From an uncultured Candidatus Saccharibacteria bacterium (lineage in GTDB: Bacteria; Patescibacteriota; UBA1384; XYA2-FULL-43-10; 1-14-0-10-43-13): a DNA stretch of 64,000 nucleotides. The notes below the pieces were generated by a model. That model did no database searches, had not been told where the DNA came from, and was given only the letters and a program-made list of their open reading frames with translations. Positions 1 through 8,373 of the stretch are shown in pieces (position 1 is the stretch's first letter; every line of letters starts with the position of its first letter). Location of the stretch: NCBI GenBank assembly GCA_964628585.1, contig CAZVMH010000003.1, forward strand, positions 28,470 to 92,469, given 5' to 3'. Both the position numbers and the translations under genes were made by a program.

Positions 1-520
1 TGGCCCATTAACGATAAAAAATTGGCTACCGTTTGTATTGGCTCCTGAATTTGCCATTCCCAAAACACCCTCTGTAAAAGGTCTTTGGCTGATTTCATCA
101 TCAAATTTATAACCGGGTCCACCCGTTCCATCCCCTTTCGGATCACCTGTTTGTATCACAAAACCTTTAATAATTCTGTGCCACAACATATTTTTATAAA
201 ATTCTTGCTTAGTCAACTTCTCAAAATTTGCGACTGTGTTTGGCGCGTCATTTTTATAAAACGAGATCTCAATATCTCCCATTGAGGTATGAAGAACTGC
301 TCCCTCTTCTGATCCAGTTTTCGCCCTCAAATAACCCTGCGCTCGCAAAATTGGATATGCCATAATTGCTAAGAAACATAAAACTACAACATAAAAACTT
401 GTTCTTTTCCAAAAAAGTGCCCAGGGATTTTTGGAATAGTAATTTTTAGCAATTATTTCTTTCTTTGTCTTTGCTTTTTCCTCTTTATTTAACCTTTTAA
501 TCTGTGCTTTTTTACCCATG
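1..520 (-). CDS. Peptidyl-prolyl cis-trans isomerase, cyclophilin type. Partial: the C-terminus runs off the window start. N-terminal membrane anchor.
   Basis: Hand translation of the minus strand from the ATG at 520..518 gives MGKKAQIKRLNKEE...FYKNDAPNTVANFEKLTKQEFYKNMLWHRIIKGFVIQTGDPKGDGTGGPGYKFDDEI...GMANSGANTNGSQFFIV. This is the canonical cyclophilin motif set (FHRIIxGFMxQGGD, GxANxGxNTNGSQFFI). There is no stop before position 1. The ORF track omits it because it is open-ended. Confidence 0.8.
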
Positions 521-558
521 TTCTCCCAAATTTATGACTTTAAGAGCTTTATGAACTT

Positions 559-2064
559 TTAACTTATATTTGGTTTCTTTTTATGAAAATCGGTTGCTTC
601 CTGAAATACATAACCGACATTTAATAATGTTTGCTCTCCCCACATTGGACCAATCAACTGCATTCCGACCGGCAATTTTTTGCCCTCTCGCTCCACAAAC
701 CCCGCTGGGAGTGACATTGCTGGTACTCCAGCTGGATTGATCGGCACAGTCATCACATCGGATAAATACATTGAAAGTGGATCTGATGATTTTTCACCAA
801 ATTTAAAAGCAGGCATTGGTGAAACTGGTGTTACTAATATATCAACTTCTTTAAATACTTTTTCAAAATCTTGCTTCACTAAAGTTCGTACCTTCTGTGC
901 TTTTTTATAATATGCATCGTAATATCCAGCCGAAAGAACATAGCTTCCAAGCATTATTCTTCTTTTTGCCTCTGGCCCAAATCCTTCTGATCGAGACAAA
1001 GAGTAAACTTCTTCCAATATCTGATCACTCTTTTTTGATTTAATGGTTGAGTGTCCGAAACGAATTCCGTCGTATTTAGCCAAATTTGAGCTAACTTCAG
1101 CAGGCATTAAAACATAATATATCGCCAGTGCATATTTAATCGAAGGTAGAGAGACTTCTATCGTTGTCGCACCTAATGTTTTTAATGTTGCAACTGCATC
1201 TCTGATAATTTTTTCGATATCTGGATCTAACCCGGCTCCATAAAACTCTTTCGGAATGCCGATTTTTAAGCCCTTTATATCTTTTTTGAGTGATTTAAAA
1301 TAGTCTGGCACATCCTTTTCAGAGCTGGTTGAATCAAACTTGTCGTGGCCAGATAAATATTCAAGTAAAATAGCCACGTCTTCAACACTTTTGCCCATTG
1401 GGCCAACTTGATCAAGAGATGAAGCCATTGGCATCACGCCATAACGCGAGACACGGCCATAGGTTGGTTTTAAGCCAGTAATACTGCAAAGACCGGCTGG
1501 CTGACGGATTGATCCCCCTGTGTCTGTTCCGAGTGCTGCAATGCACTCGTCGGCTGCCACCGCCGCGGCCGAACCGCCGGAAGAGCCACCAGGAATTCTG
1601 TCTAAATCCCAGGGATTCCTTGTTGTTGAGTCAAATTTCTTTGCCGTTTTATAGGCCGAAGATTCAGTTGAAGAACCCATGGCAAACTGATCAAGGTTTG
1701 CTTTACCAATCAGAACCGCACCTGCATCCCAGAGCTTCTGAGTTGCTGTTGATTCAAATATCGGAATAAAATCATCGAGAATTTTTGAAGCGGCGGTAGT
1801 TTTGATTCCTTTAGTCAGAAATAGATCTTTAACTGCAATTGGGATACCATCAATTCCCGATAATAATTTGCCGGCTTTTCTTCGTTCATCTGAGGCATTC
1901 GCCATCTCCAAGGCTTTTTCTTTACAAAGTGTAATATATGCCCCAACCAAAGGCTCAACTTCACTAATCCGTTCAAAAATACTCTCGGTTAACTGGACTG
2001 AAGTAATCTCACCACTTTTGAGCTTCTCACTCGCTTCTATAATTGTAAGAGAATATAATTCCAT
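559..2064 (-). CDS. gatA: Glu-tRNA(Gln)/Asp-tRNA(Asn) amidotransferase subunit A (amidase family)
   Basis: 501 aa. Carries the amidase signature GGSSGGSAAAVA plus KDLF..KG..TTAAS motifs. Immediately downstream of gatC. Confidence 0.9.
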   Translation of the reverse strand: MELYSLTIIEASEKLKSGEITSVQLTESIFERISEVEPLVGAYITLCKEKALEMANASDERRKAGKLLSGIDGIPIAVKDLFLTKGIKTTAASKILDDFIPIFESTATQKLWDAGAVLIGKANLDQFAMGSSTESSAYKTAKKFDSTTRNPWDLDRIPGGSSGGSAAAVAADECIAALGTDTGGSIRQPAGLCSITGLKPTYGRVSRYGVMPMASSLDQVGPMGKSVEDVAILLEYLSGHDKFDSTSSEKDVPDYFKSLKKDIKGLKIGIPKEFYGAGLDPDIEKIIRDAVATLKTLGATTIEVSLPSIKYALAIYYVLMPAEVSSNLAKYDGIRFGHSTIKSKKSDQILEEVYSLSRSEGFGPEAKRRIMLGSYVLSAGYYDAYYKKAQKVRTLVKQDFEKVFKEVDILVTPVSPMPAFKFGEKSSDPLSMYLSDVMTVPINPAGVPAMSLPAGFVEREGKKLPVGMQLIGPMWGEQTLLNVGYVFQEATDFHKKKPNIS

Positions 2065-2066
2065 AA

Positions 2067-2360
2067 TTATTCAAATACTCCTGGTACTACAATACTGCCG
2101 TCTTTGAACTCTGGTGCATTTTTTTCAATATCAAGATAACTTATGCCAGATTCTTCAACCTTATCTTCGCGCATCACATTAGAAAGGTTAGTGATATTGC
2201 TTGTTGGCTCGACACCCTCGGTATCGACTTCAGAAAGCTGGTCAACATATTCGAGCACAGAAGAAAGCTGATCACAGTATTTTTCCTTTTCTTCCTGTGA
2301 CAACTCAAGTTTTGAGAGCTTTGCGATATGTTCAACTTCTTGGATTGTAAGTTTTGCCAT
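2067..2360 (-). CDS. gatC: Glu-tRNA(Gln) amidotransferase subunit C
   Basis: 97 aa. N-terminus MAKLTIQEVEHIAKLSKLELSQEEKEKY is typical of GatC. The stop abuts the gatA start. Confidence 0.85.
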   Translation of the reverse strand: MAKLTIQEVEHIAKLSKLELSQEEKEKYCDQLSSVLEYVDQLSEVDTEGVEPTSNITNLSNVMREDKVEESGISYLDIEKNAPEFKDGSIVVPGVFE

Positions 2361-2429
2361 AATTCAAAATTTGCTATCAACATAGTTAGTTATCAGGCTA
2401 ATACTAGCACCAATCGCTTTTGAGTTCAA

Positions 2430-4463
2430 TTATTTTATTAACTCCAAAAATTTCTTTTCATCAATAATTTTGACGCCGAGTTTCTGGGCTCGATCCAGTT
2501 TTGAGCCCGCTTCCTCACCTGCTACCACGTAGTCGACTTTTTTGCTGATTGATTCCGAGCTATCTCCACCGTATTTTCGCACTTGTGATTTTGCTTCATC
2601 GCGCGTCATTGATTCCATTCCACCAGTAAAAACGAATGTTTTTCCTGCAATAGTTTCTTTGTGATGAATTTTTTCTGGAGCAGTAATCTTGACACCATTT
2701 TTGACAAGTCGCTCGACGAATTCGATATTTTTTTTATTCTGAAAATAGTCAAAGATGCTTTTTGCCACAACAGGACCAATATCATAAATTGCATTTATAT
2801 CTTCCAGATCAGCTTTCATCAATCTTTCGATTGATCGATATTTTTCAGCTAGATCTATCGCTGTTTCTTCTCCAACATTGCGAATTCCAAGCGCGTAGAT
2901 AAATTGCGCTAACGATATTTCTTTCGATTTTTCGACTGAATCTATTGCGTTCTGGGCTGATTTTTCAGCAAAACGCTCAAGTGGTTCAAGGTCTCCGATT
3001 TTTAGAGTAAAAATATCCGAAGCATCTTTAATCAAGCCCTCGCTGGCCAGTTTTTCGATGATTTTTGGTCCAAGTCCATCCATATCAAATGCTTTTTTCG
3101 AAACAAAATGCTCAAACTGACGCAATCTAACTGCAAAACAGTTTTTTGATAAACATCGAAACGCCACTTCCCCCTCTTTGCGCACCACTTTGCCGCTACA
3201 GTCAGGACAAACCTTCGGCATCACAAATTTCTTTTCTTTACCATTGCGAAGCTCTTTGATTGATTTAACCACTTCTGGAATAACATCACCTGCTTTGCGA
3301 ATTACAACAGTATCGCCAATCCTGATATCTTTCTTCTTAATCTCGTCCATATTATGCAAGGTTGCTCGCGATACCGTTGAACCTGCTACCACTACTGAAT
3401 TGAATTCAGCCGTAGGAGTCAAAACTCCAGTTCTTCCCACTCGTACTCTTATATCTTCAATTTTTGTTGTAACTTCTTCAGCCGGCCATTTAAGTGCGAC
3501 TGCTCCGCGAGGCGCTTTGCCAACTACCCCTAACTTGTTAAATAATGCTTCGTTGTTTACATTCACAACCATACCATCAATTTGATATGGCAATTTTTGA
3601 CGTAATTTTTTCCAATCATGCCAAAGACTAATAATTCTCTCTATACTTGGCTCGAATCGATTATATTGATTCGTTGGTAATCCTAAATCTTTAATAGCCT
3701 CGTGCTCCTCTTCATGCGTTTTGTTTTCAATCCCTATGAAAGAATAACCCATAAAGCTAAGATTGCGCGAAGCAGAGATTTTTGGATCGAGCTGGCGGAT
3801 AGATCCAGCGGCTGCATTTCTAGGGTTAGCGAAGAGCGTTTCACCCTTGTTTTTGCGTTCTCTGTTCAATACCTCGAAGGACGATGTGGGCATATATATT
3901 TCGCCTCTAATCTCGATCGTTTTGCGCTCAATCAGATGATATATCTTTGATTTTTCTCGAAGTTTTAGCGGAATACTTTTAATGGTTCGAATGTTATTTG
4001 TTACATCTTCGCCAACTTTACCATCTCCTCTTGTTAGTGCTTGTACAAATTCACCGTTTTCATATATTAACGCAATGGCTAAGCCGTCCATCTTAATTTC
4101 ACAGTAATAGCCAGATTTGTTTAACTCACTTGGTTTGACTAATCGCGACATTCGAGACAACCAATCTCTGATTTCCTGTTCGTCAAAAGCATCGTTCAGC
4201 GAAAGCATTGGCGATTCATGTGGAAAGCTTTTGAATGATTTAGCCGGCTCTCCGCCTATTTTCTGTGAGGGCGAAGATATTGTCATTAATTCGGGAAATT
4301 TTTGCTCCAAAGCAACCAATTCTCGCATCAGAGAATCATATTGCGCATCAGTTACGCTGGGCGTATCCAGCGTATGATATTCATAGCGCTTTTCATCTAT
4401 GACTTTGCGTAATTTTTCGATTCGCTCACGTGCTTCTTTTTTTGTAATACTTCCAATTTCCAT
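2430..4463 (-). CDS. ligA: NAD-dependent DNA ligase
   Basis: 677 aa. Adenylation motif CEIKMDG (KxDG), OB fold, zinc finger CPDCSGKVVRKEGEVAFRC, HhH region and a C-terminal BRCT-like tail. Confidence 0.9.
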   Translation of the reverse strand: MEIGSITKKEARERIEKLRKVIDEKRYEYHTLDTPSVTDAQYDSLMRELVALEQKFPELMTISSPSQKIGGEPAKSFKSFPHESPMLSLNDAFDEQEIRDWLSRMSRLVKPSELNKSGYYCEIKMDGLAIALIYENGEFVQALTRGDGKVGEDVTNNIRTIKSIPLKLREKSKIYHLIERKTIEIRGEIYMPTSSFEVLNRERKNKGETLFANPRNAAAGSIRQLDPKISASRNLSFMGYSFIGIENKTHEEEHEAIKDLGLPTNQYNRFEPSIERIISLWHDWKKLRQKLPYQIDGMVVNVNNEALFNKLGVVGKAPRGAVALKWPAEEVTTKIEDIRVRVGRTGVLTPTAEFNSVVVAGSTVSRATLHNMDEIKKKDIRIGDTVVIRKAGDVIPEVVKSIKELRNGKEKKFVMPKVCPDCSGKVVRKEGEVAFRCLSKNCFAVRLRQFEHFVSKKAFDMDGLGPKIIEKLASEGLIKDASDIFTLKIGDLEPLERFAEKSAQNAIDSVEKSKEISLAQFIYALGIRNVGEETAIDLAEKYRSIERLMKADLEDINAIYDIGPVVAKSIFDYFQNKKNIEFVERLVKNGVKITAPEKIHHKETIAGKTFVFTGGMESMTRDEAKSQVRKYGGDSSESISKKVDYVVAGEEAGSKLDRAQKLGVKIIDEKKFLELIK

Positions 4464-4502
4464 ACTTTGATTCTAGCACAAAGGCAAAAGAGTTCAATAA
4501 GC

Positions 4503-4530
4503 TTGATTAATTTAAAAATAGTGCTACAAT
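4503..4530 (+). promoter_or_regulatory. Sigma70-like promoter for plsX: -35 TTGATT, 16-nt spacer, extended -10 TGcTACAAT
   Basis: TTGATT at 4503-4508 and TGCTACAAT at 4522-4530. A strong AAAGGAGG RBS at 4544-4551 sits 7 nt before the ATG at 4559. Confidence 0.55.
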
Positions 4531-4558
4531 ATTGACACTGCCCAAAGGAGGTCGCACA

Positions 4559-5554
4559 ATGAAAATCGCAGTTGATGCAATGGGGGGCGATCACGCGCCA
4601 CTCGAAGTCGTCAAAGGAACAGTCGAGATTTCAGGAACTCCTGAGTTAACCGTCGTACTTGTAGGCGACGAGATTGCCATTTGGAACGAGCTCATAAAGT
4701 ACCCTGCATCCTGTCGAGGACATATTATGGTTCAGCACGCTTCCGAAGCAGTTGGAATGGGAGAACAGCCTGCCAATATCATTCGGAACAAACCCGACTC
4801 TTCGGTTGTTGTCTGTGCTAATTTGGTCAAAAACGGAAGCACAGAAGGTATGTTCAGCGCTGGAAACACCGGCGCTGTAATGTCCGTTGCAACACTTCGG
4901 TTAGGCCGAATAAGAGGATCCGATCGCCCTGCGATCGCCACAGTCCTTCCCATGACAAATGGCAAGTTAGGAGTTCTATTGGACGCTGGTGCCAATGTTG
5001 ATTGCACAGAGGAGAATTTAACCCAGTTTGCTTTGATGGGAGAAGCCTACGCATGGAGTATTCTCGGAATTGAAAATCCTAGAGTGGCCCTTCTCAACAT
5101 CGGTGAAGAAACAAGTAAGGGCAATAAGCTCACTAAGGCAACTAACAAAATACTTGCTGAACTGAAGGGGCTCAACTTCATTGGGAACCTTGATGCTAAG
5201 AGGTTTTTGAGCGGTGAAGCTGACGTGATTGTCTGTGACGGATTCGCCGGTAATCTCGTACTCAAGATTGCAGAGGGAACTGCCGAAGCCGTAGGCGATA
5301 TCTTGAAGTTGGAGATGAGCAAAAGCATCATATACAAGCTTGGCGGAGCTCTGATGCATCCAGCAGCAAGGAAAGCAAAGACTAAGCTCTCCTATGAAGA
5401 GTACGGAGGTGCACCTCTCCTTGGTGTTAACGGCGTCTGTCTTATCGGCCACGGCCGTTCAAACTCTAAGGCAATTGCAAACGGCATTAGGGCAACGGCA
5501 AGAGCAGTCAAGGCCGATCTCGTCTGGAAAATCACAAAGAACTTGGCAACATAG
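4559..5554 (+). CDS. plsX: Phosphate acyltransferase PlsX
   Basis: MKIAVDAMGGDHAP is the canonical PlsX N-terminus. The start is reassigned from the track ORF (4532) to the ATG preceded by a perfect RBS. About 50% GC versus about 36% for neighbouring ligA. Confidence 0.85.
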   Translation: MKIAVDAMGGDHAPLEVVKGTVEISGTPELTVVLVGDEIAIWNELIKYPASCRGHIMVQHASEAVGMGEQPANIIRNKPDSSVVVCANLVKNGSTEGMFSAGNTGAVMSVATLRLGRIRGSDRPAIATVLPMTNGKLGVLLDAGANVDCTEENLTQFALMGEAYAWSILGIENPRVALLNIGEETSKGNKLTKATNKILAELKGLNFIGNLDAKRFLSGEADVIVCDGFAGNLVLKIAEGTAEAVGDILKLEMSKSIIYKLGGALMHPAARKAKTKLSYEEYGGAPLLGVNGVCLIGHGRSNSKAIANGIRATARAVKADLVWKITKNLAT

Positions 5555-5576
5555 TCAAGTCACGATCGAACGCATA

Positions 5577-5607
5577 ATTGCGCACTGACTTTTGGCCAGT
5601 GCGCAAT
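5577..5607 (+). terminator. Intrinsic terminator after plsX
   Basis: Perfect 10-bp stem TTGCGCACTG / CAGTGCGCAA with a 9-nt loop, followed by TTTCTTAT. Confidence 0.6.
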
Positions 5608-5996
5608 TTCTTATACAAAGTGGCCGCTCTCTCTTCAAGAAAGAACGGCCAGTACCTAAGCGACTAGAATGTCGTCAGCGCCAACAGTAGTTGGCTAGTA
5701 TCGGATACCTCCGAGATTAGTTCACTCGGATCGATCTGTTCGGACTCTGGTTTAGTTACCTCATCGGGATGAGTAAGAACAAGTTCATTCTCTGCACTAT
5801 TCACTTTCTAACACCCCCTAGAATTACATTTCGGTTAATTTAAGAATATAATAATTAAATAATTTATTCAAATTTTTCATTATAACGCAAAAACCGAGCC
5901 TTTTTAGAGGTTCGGCCAATATTTGAATCTGATGTTTGGATGTTTGGGAGCTGGTCGGCATTACACCAACCAGCTCCCAGTGATACTTCTCTCCCG

Positions 5997-6359
5997 CTAG
6001 ATATACTTATCCCAGATGTGCTCGGCTTCATTCCAGAGAGCCCATACAATGACTCTTTCTGGATGATTGCCAGGTGCACCAGTGGGTCTTTCTGTCTGAT
6101 CCAGAACACTAGACCAGAAGGCTACGTTTCCTCGCAGCAAACGACAAGCCTCCTCTATCTCCTTAAGCAGATGGGATGGCACTATGTCCTGCTTTGTCAT
6201 GCGGACATAGGCTCCCACCGCTTTGTCGGCCTTTAGCTTCTCAAGCAACTCTTCGAGTTCATCAGCAGAAGCATTCCTGGCAAGCGGGAACAGGCCGTTT
6301 TGCCCAAAAAGGGCCTTAGCCTGCGCTTCTTCTTTCTCTCGCGTACTTCCTGCTATCAT
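5997..6359 (-). CDS. Hypothetical protein (120 aa) in a GC-rich islet
   Basis: The ORF track gives 5997..6413 with a TTG start. An internal ATG at 6359 is preceded by an AAGGAG RBS about 8 nt upstream, giving MIAGSTREKEEAQAKALFGQNG... No recognisable motifs. GC-rich hairpins lie downstream at 5949-5977 and 5888-5918. Confidence 0.45.
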   Translation of the reverse strand: MIAGSTREKEEAQAKALFGQNGLFPLARNASADELEELLEKLKADKAVGAYVRMTKQDIVPSHLLKEIEEACRLLRGNVAFWSSVLDQTERPTGAPGNHPERVIVWALWNEAEHIWDKYI

Positions 6360-6508
6360 GATTATCTCCTTTGTACTACGGGAGAGAGTGAGGATTTTAT
6401 AACGGTTCCCCAACCGAGTCTCAATATTATAAGTCTATTATTATTATTTGTCAAGTAGAATAAAAGATCAGGAATTCACAGCCCCGAAGAGGAACCTTCC
6501 GTTCATGG

Positions 6509-7399
6509 CTATGCTGTCATGTGGCGTAGAATTTTGATCCGCTCCGCTATCGGCGGATGAGTTGAAAATATTTTTGAAATATAACTTTCTTTGCCAAAAG
6601 GATTTGCAATATATAGATGTGACGTGGCTGAGCTTTTCTTTTGCATCGGCTTATTATATTTACCTATCTTTTCCAGTGCCGAAGCCAAACCTTCGGGATA
6701 TCTTGTTAACAGTGTACCAGTTGAGTCAGCTAGAAATTCTCTCTTGCGAGAGATCGCCAATTGGACCAAAGTCGCTACAATTGGAGCCAAAATCGCCGCT
6801 ACAATTCCAAGCAATATCATTGGACCGTTGTTATTATTGTTGTTGTCTCCGAATCCCCAAAATCTTATTCGAATAAAAATATCAGAAACGAGAGCAATAA
6901 TACCAACTAAAATTACAACCAAAGTCATCAAACGAATATCGTAATTACCAATATGTGAAAGCTCATGTGCTACTACTCCTTCGAGCTCATTGTCCTCCAT
7001 TATATCTAATAAACCAGATGTTACTGCAAGAGAAGACATCTTTGGGTCTTTTCCAGTTGCAAATGCATTTGGTGCAGGATCAGAAATTATATATACCTTC
7101 GGAATTGGCAACCCAGCCGTGATTGCAAGATTTTCGACGATTCTCCAGAGTCTCGGATTGTCTTTTTTTTGAATCTCTTTCGCTCCAGATATGGCTAAAG
7201 CAATTTTGTCACCCGAATAATAACCTACGAGTGCTTGTCCTACACTAATAATAACCGCAATATACAAAATAATCGGCGAATTGTAGACTCGGGCAAAAAT
7301 CCAGCCAATCGCGATAACCAATATTAAAAAGAATCCTACAAGTAGGACACTTTTTCTTTTGTTTGACTCAATTTGATCGTAAACAACCATAAGAACCAA
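6509..7399 (-). CDS. htpX: Zinc metalloprotease HtpX (M48 family)
   Basis: 296 aa. HELSHIGNYD (HExxH) motif, four predicted TM segments and an N-terminal membrane anchor. Adjacent to lemA, a common pairing. Confidence 0.85.
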   Translation of the reverse strand: MVLMVVYDQIESNKRKSVLLVGFFLILVIAIGWIFARVYNSPIILYIAVIISVGQALVGYYSGDKIALAISGAKEIQKKDNPRLWRIVENLAITAGLPIPKVYIISDPAPNAFATGKDPKMSSLAVTSGLLDIMEDNELEGVVAHELSHIGNYDIRLMTLVVILVGIIALVSDIFIRIRFWGFGDNNNNNNGPMILLGIVAAILAPIVATLVQLAISRKREFLADSTGTLLTRYPEGLASALEKIGKYNKPMQKKSSATSHLYIANPFGKESYISKIFSTHPPIAERIKILRHMTA

Positions 7400-7403
7400 T
7401 CAA

Positions 7404-7763
7404 TTATATTTTTTCAGCCAAAACACCAATAACTGGTAAGTGTCGTTCTCTTCCTAAAAATACATTTATAATGCCTGCAAGTAGAAAAATTGCATAGAAT
7501 ACTACAACTATCCAAGAAAGAATTGGGATATAAAGCGCGAAAAGTCCGAAAGTTACAAAAGCAAGCAATAAAAGTCCCTGCTTCGCATGAAATCGAACAA
7601 ATGGTTTGTTTTTTGAAAAAATTAAAGAGAAAATTACTAAAACATGAAGATAGGCCAAAATACTAAGCAGTGTCGTTAGATTCAACTTTCGCAAGTGTAT
7701 ATGTAGATTTAAACTCTTTAAAAAACTAACAATATTTACTTTTGGCAATGCAATTTTTTTCAT
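7404..7763 (-). CDS. Small integral membrane protein, DUF4870-like
   Basis: 119 aa, 3-4 TM helices, FHAKQGLLL motif reminiscent of the DUF4870/Tic20-like family. Confidence 0.4.
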   Translation of the reverse strand: MKKIALPKVNIVSFLKSLNLHIHLRKLNLTTLLSILAYLHVLVIFSLIFSKNKPFVRFHAKQGLLLLAFVTFGLFALYIPILSWIVVVFYAIFLLAGIINVFLGRERHLPVIGVLAEKI

Positions 7764-8359
7764 TATTTGTCCTCTTTATTTGTATTGAAATCAACTTTGA
7801 CCGGCTCTTTTGCTCCAGCTTGTTCAAGTTCGAAAAGTTCGCGTTCTTTAAATCCAAGATTCTTTGCAAAAATATTTGTTGGGAAAGTTTGAATAGCAAT
7901 ATTTAGATCTCTGACATTGCCATTGTAAAATCGACGAGAAGCTTGAATTTTATCCTCTGTGTCAGTGATTTCAGACTGCAATTGGCTAAAATTCTCACTT
8001 GCTTTGAGTTCTGGATATGCTTCTGCCACAGCAAAAACTGACTTTAATGATTCTGTTAGCATATTTTCAGCTTTTGATTTATCTGCCACCCCTTTAGCAC
8101 TTAAAGCTTCAGTTCTAGCCTTTGTTACGTTTTCAAAAACCGACTTCTCGTGTTTAGCATAGCCCTTTACTGTCTCAACTAAATTTGGAATAAGATCATA
8201 TCTTCTTTTCAGTTGGACAGCAATATCACTCCAAGCTTCGCTTGTTCGAACATTTAGTTTAACCAATCTGTTATAAATTGATATAACAATTATTACAATA
8301 ACCGCTACTATAATTAACACGATCCATAATGTTGCCATTTTTACTCCTGACGAAGCCAA
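7763..8359 (-). CDS. lemA: LemA family protein
   Basis: 198 aa. N-terminal TM, then [53 protein letters not shown], which matches LemA closely. Confidence 0.85.
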   Translation of the reverse strand: MASSGVKMATLWIVLIIVAVIVIIVISIYNRLVKLNVRTSEAWSDIAVQLKRRYDLIPNLVETVKGYAKHEKSVFENVTKARTEALSAKGVADKSKAENMLTESLKSVFAVAEAYPELKASENFSQLQSEITDTEDKIQASRRFYNGNVRDLNIAIQTFPTNIFAKNLGFKERELFELEQAGAKEPVKVDFNTNKEDK

Positions 8360-8373
8360 TTAATTAACCCTAT

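Noticed and set aside
85-285. 66-aa plus-strand ORF at the window start
   Set aside because: It lies antisense within the partial cyclophilin gene, whose minus-strand translation shows unambiguous PPIase motifs.
4732-5452. Antisense ORFs inside plsX (91, 66, 144 and 96 aa)
   Set aside because: They lie entirely within the well-supported plsX CDS. They are a GC-driven artefact.
5864-6236. ORFs 5864..6109 (-) and 5940..6236 (+) overlapping the 120-aa gene
   Set aside because: They overlap the RBS-supported 5997..6359 gene and its downstream hairpins. No motifs.
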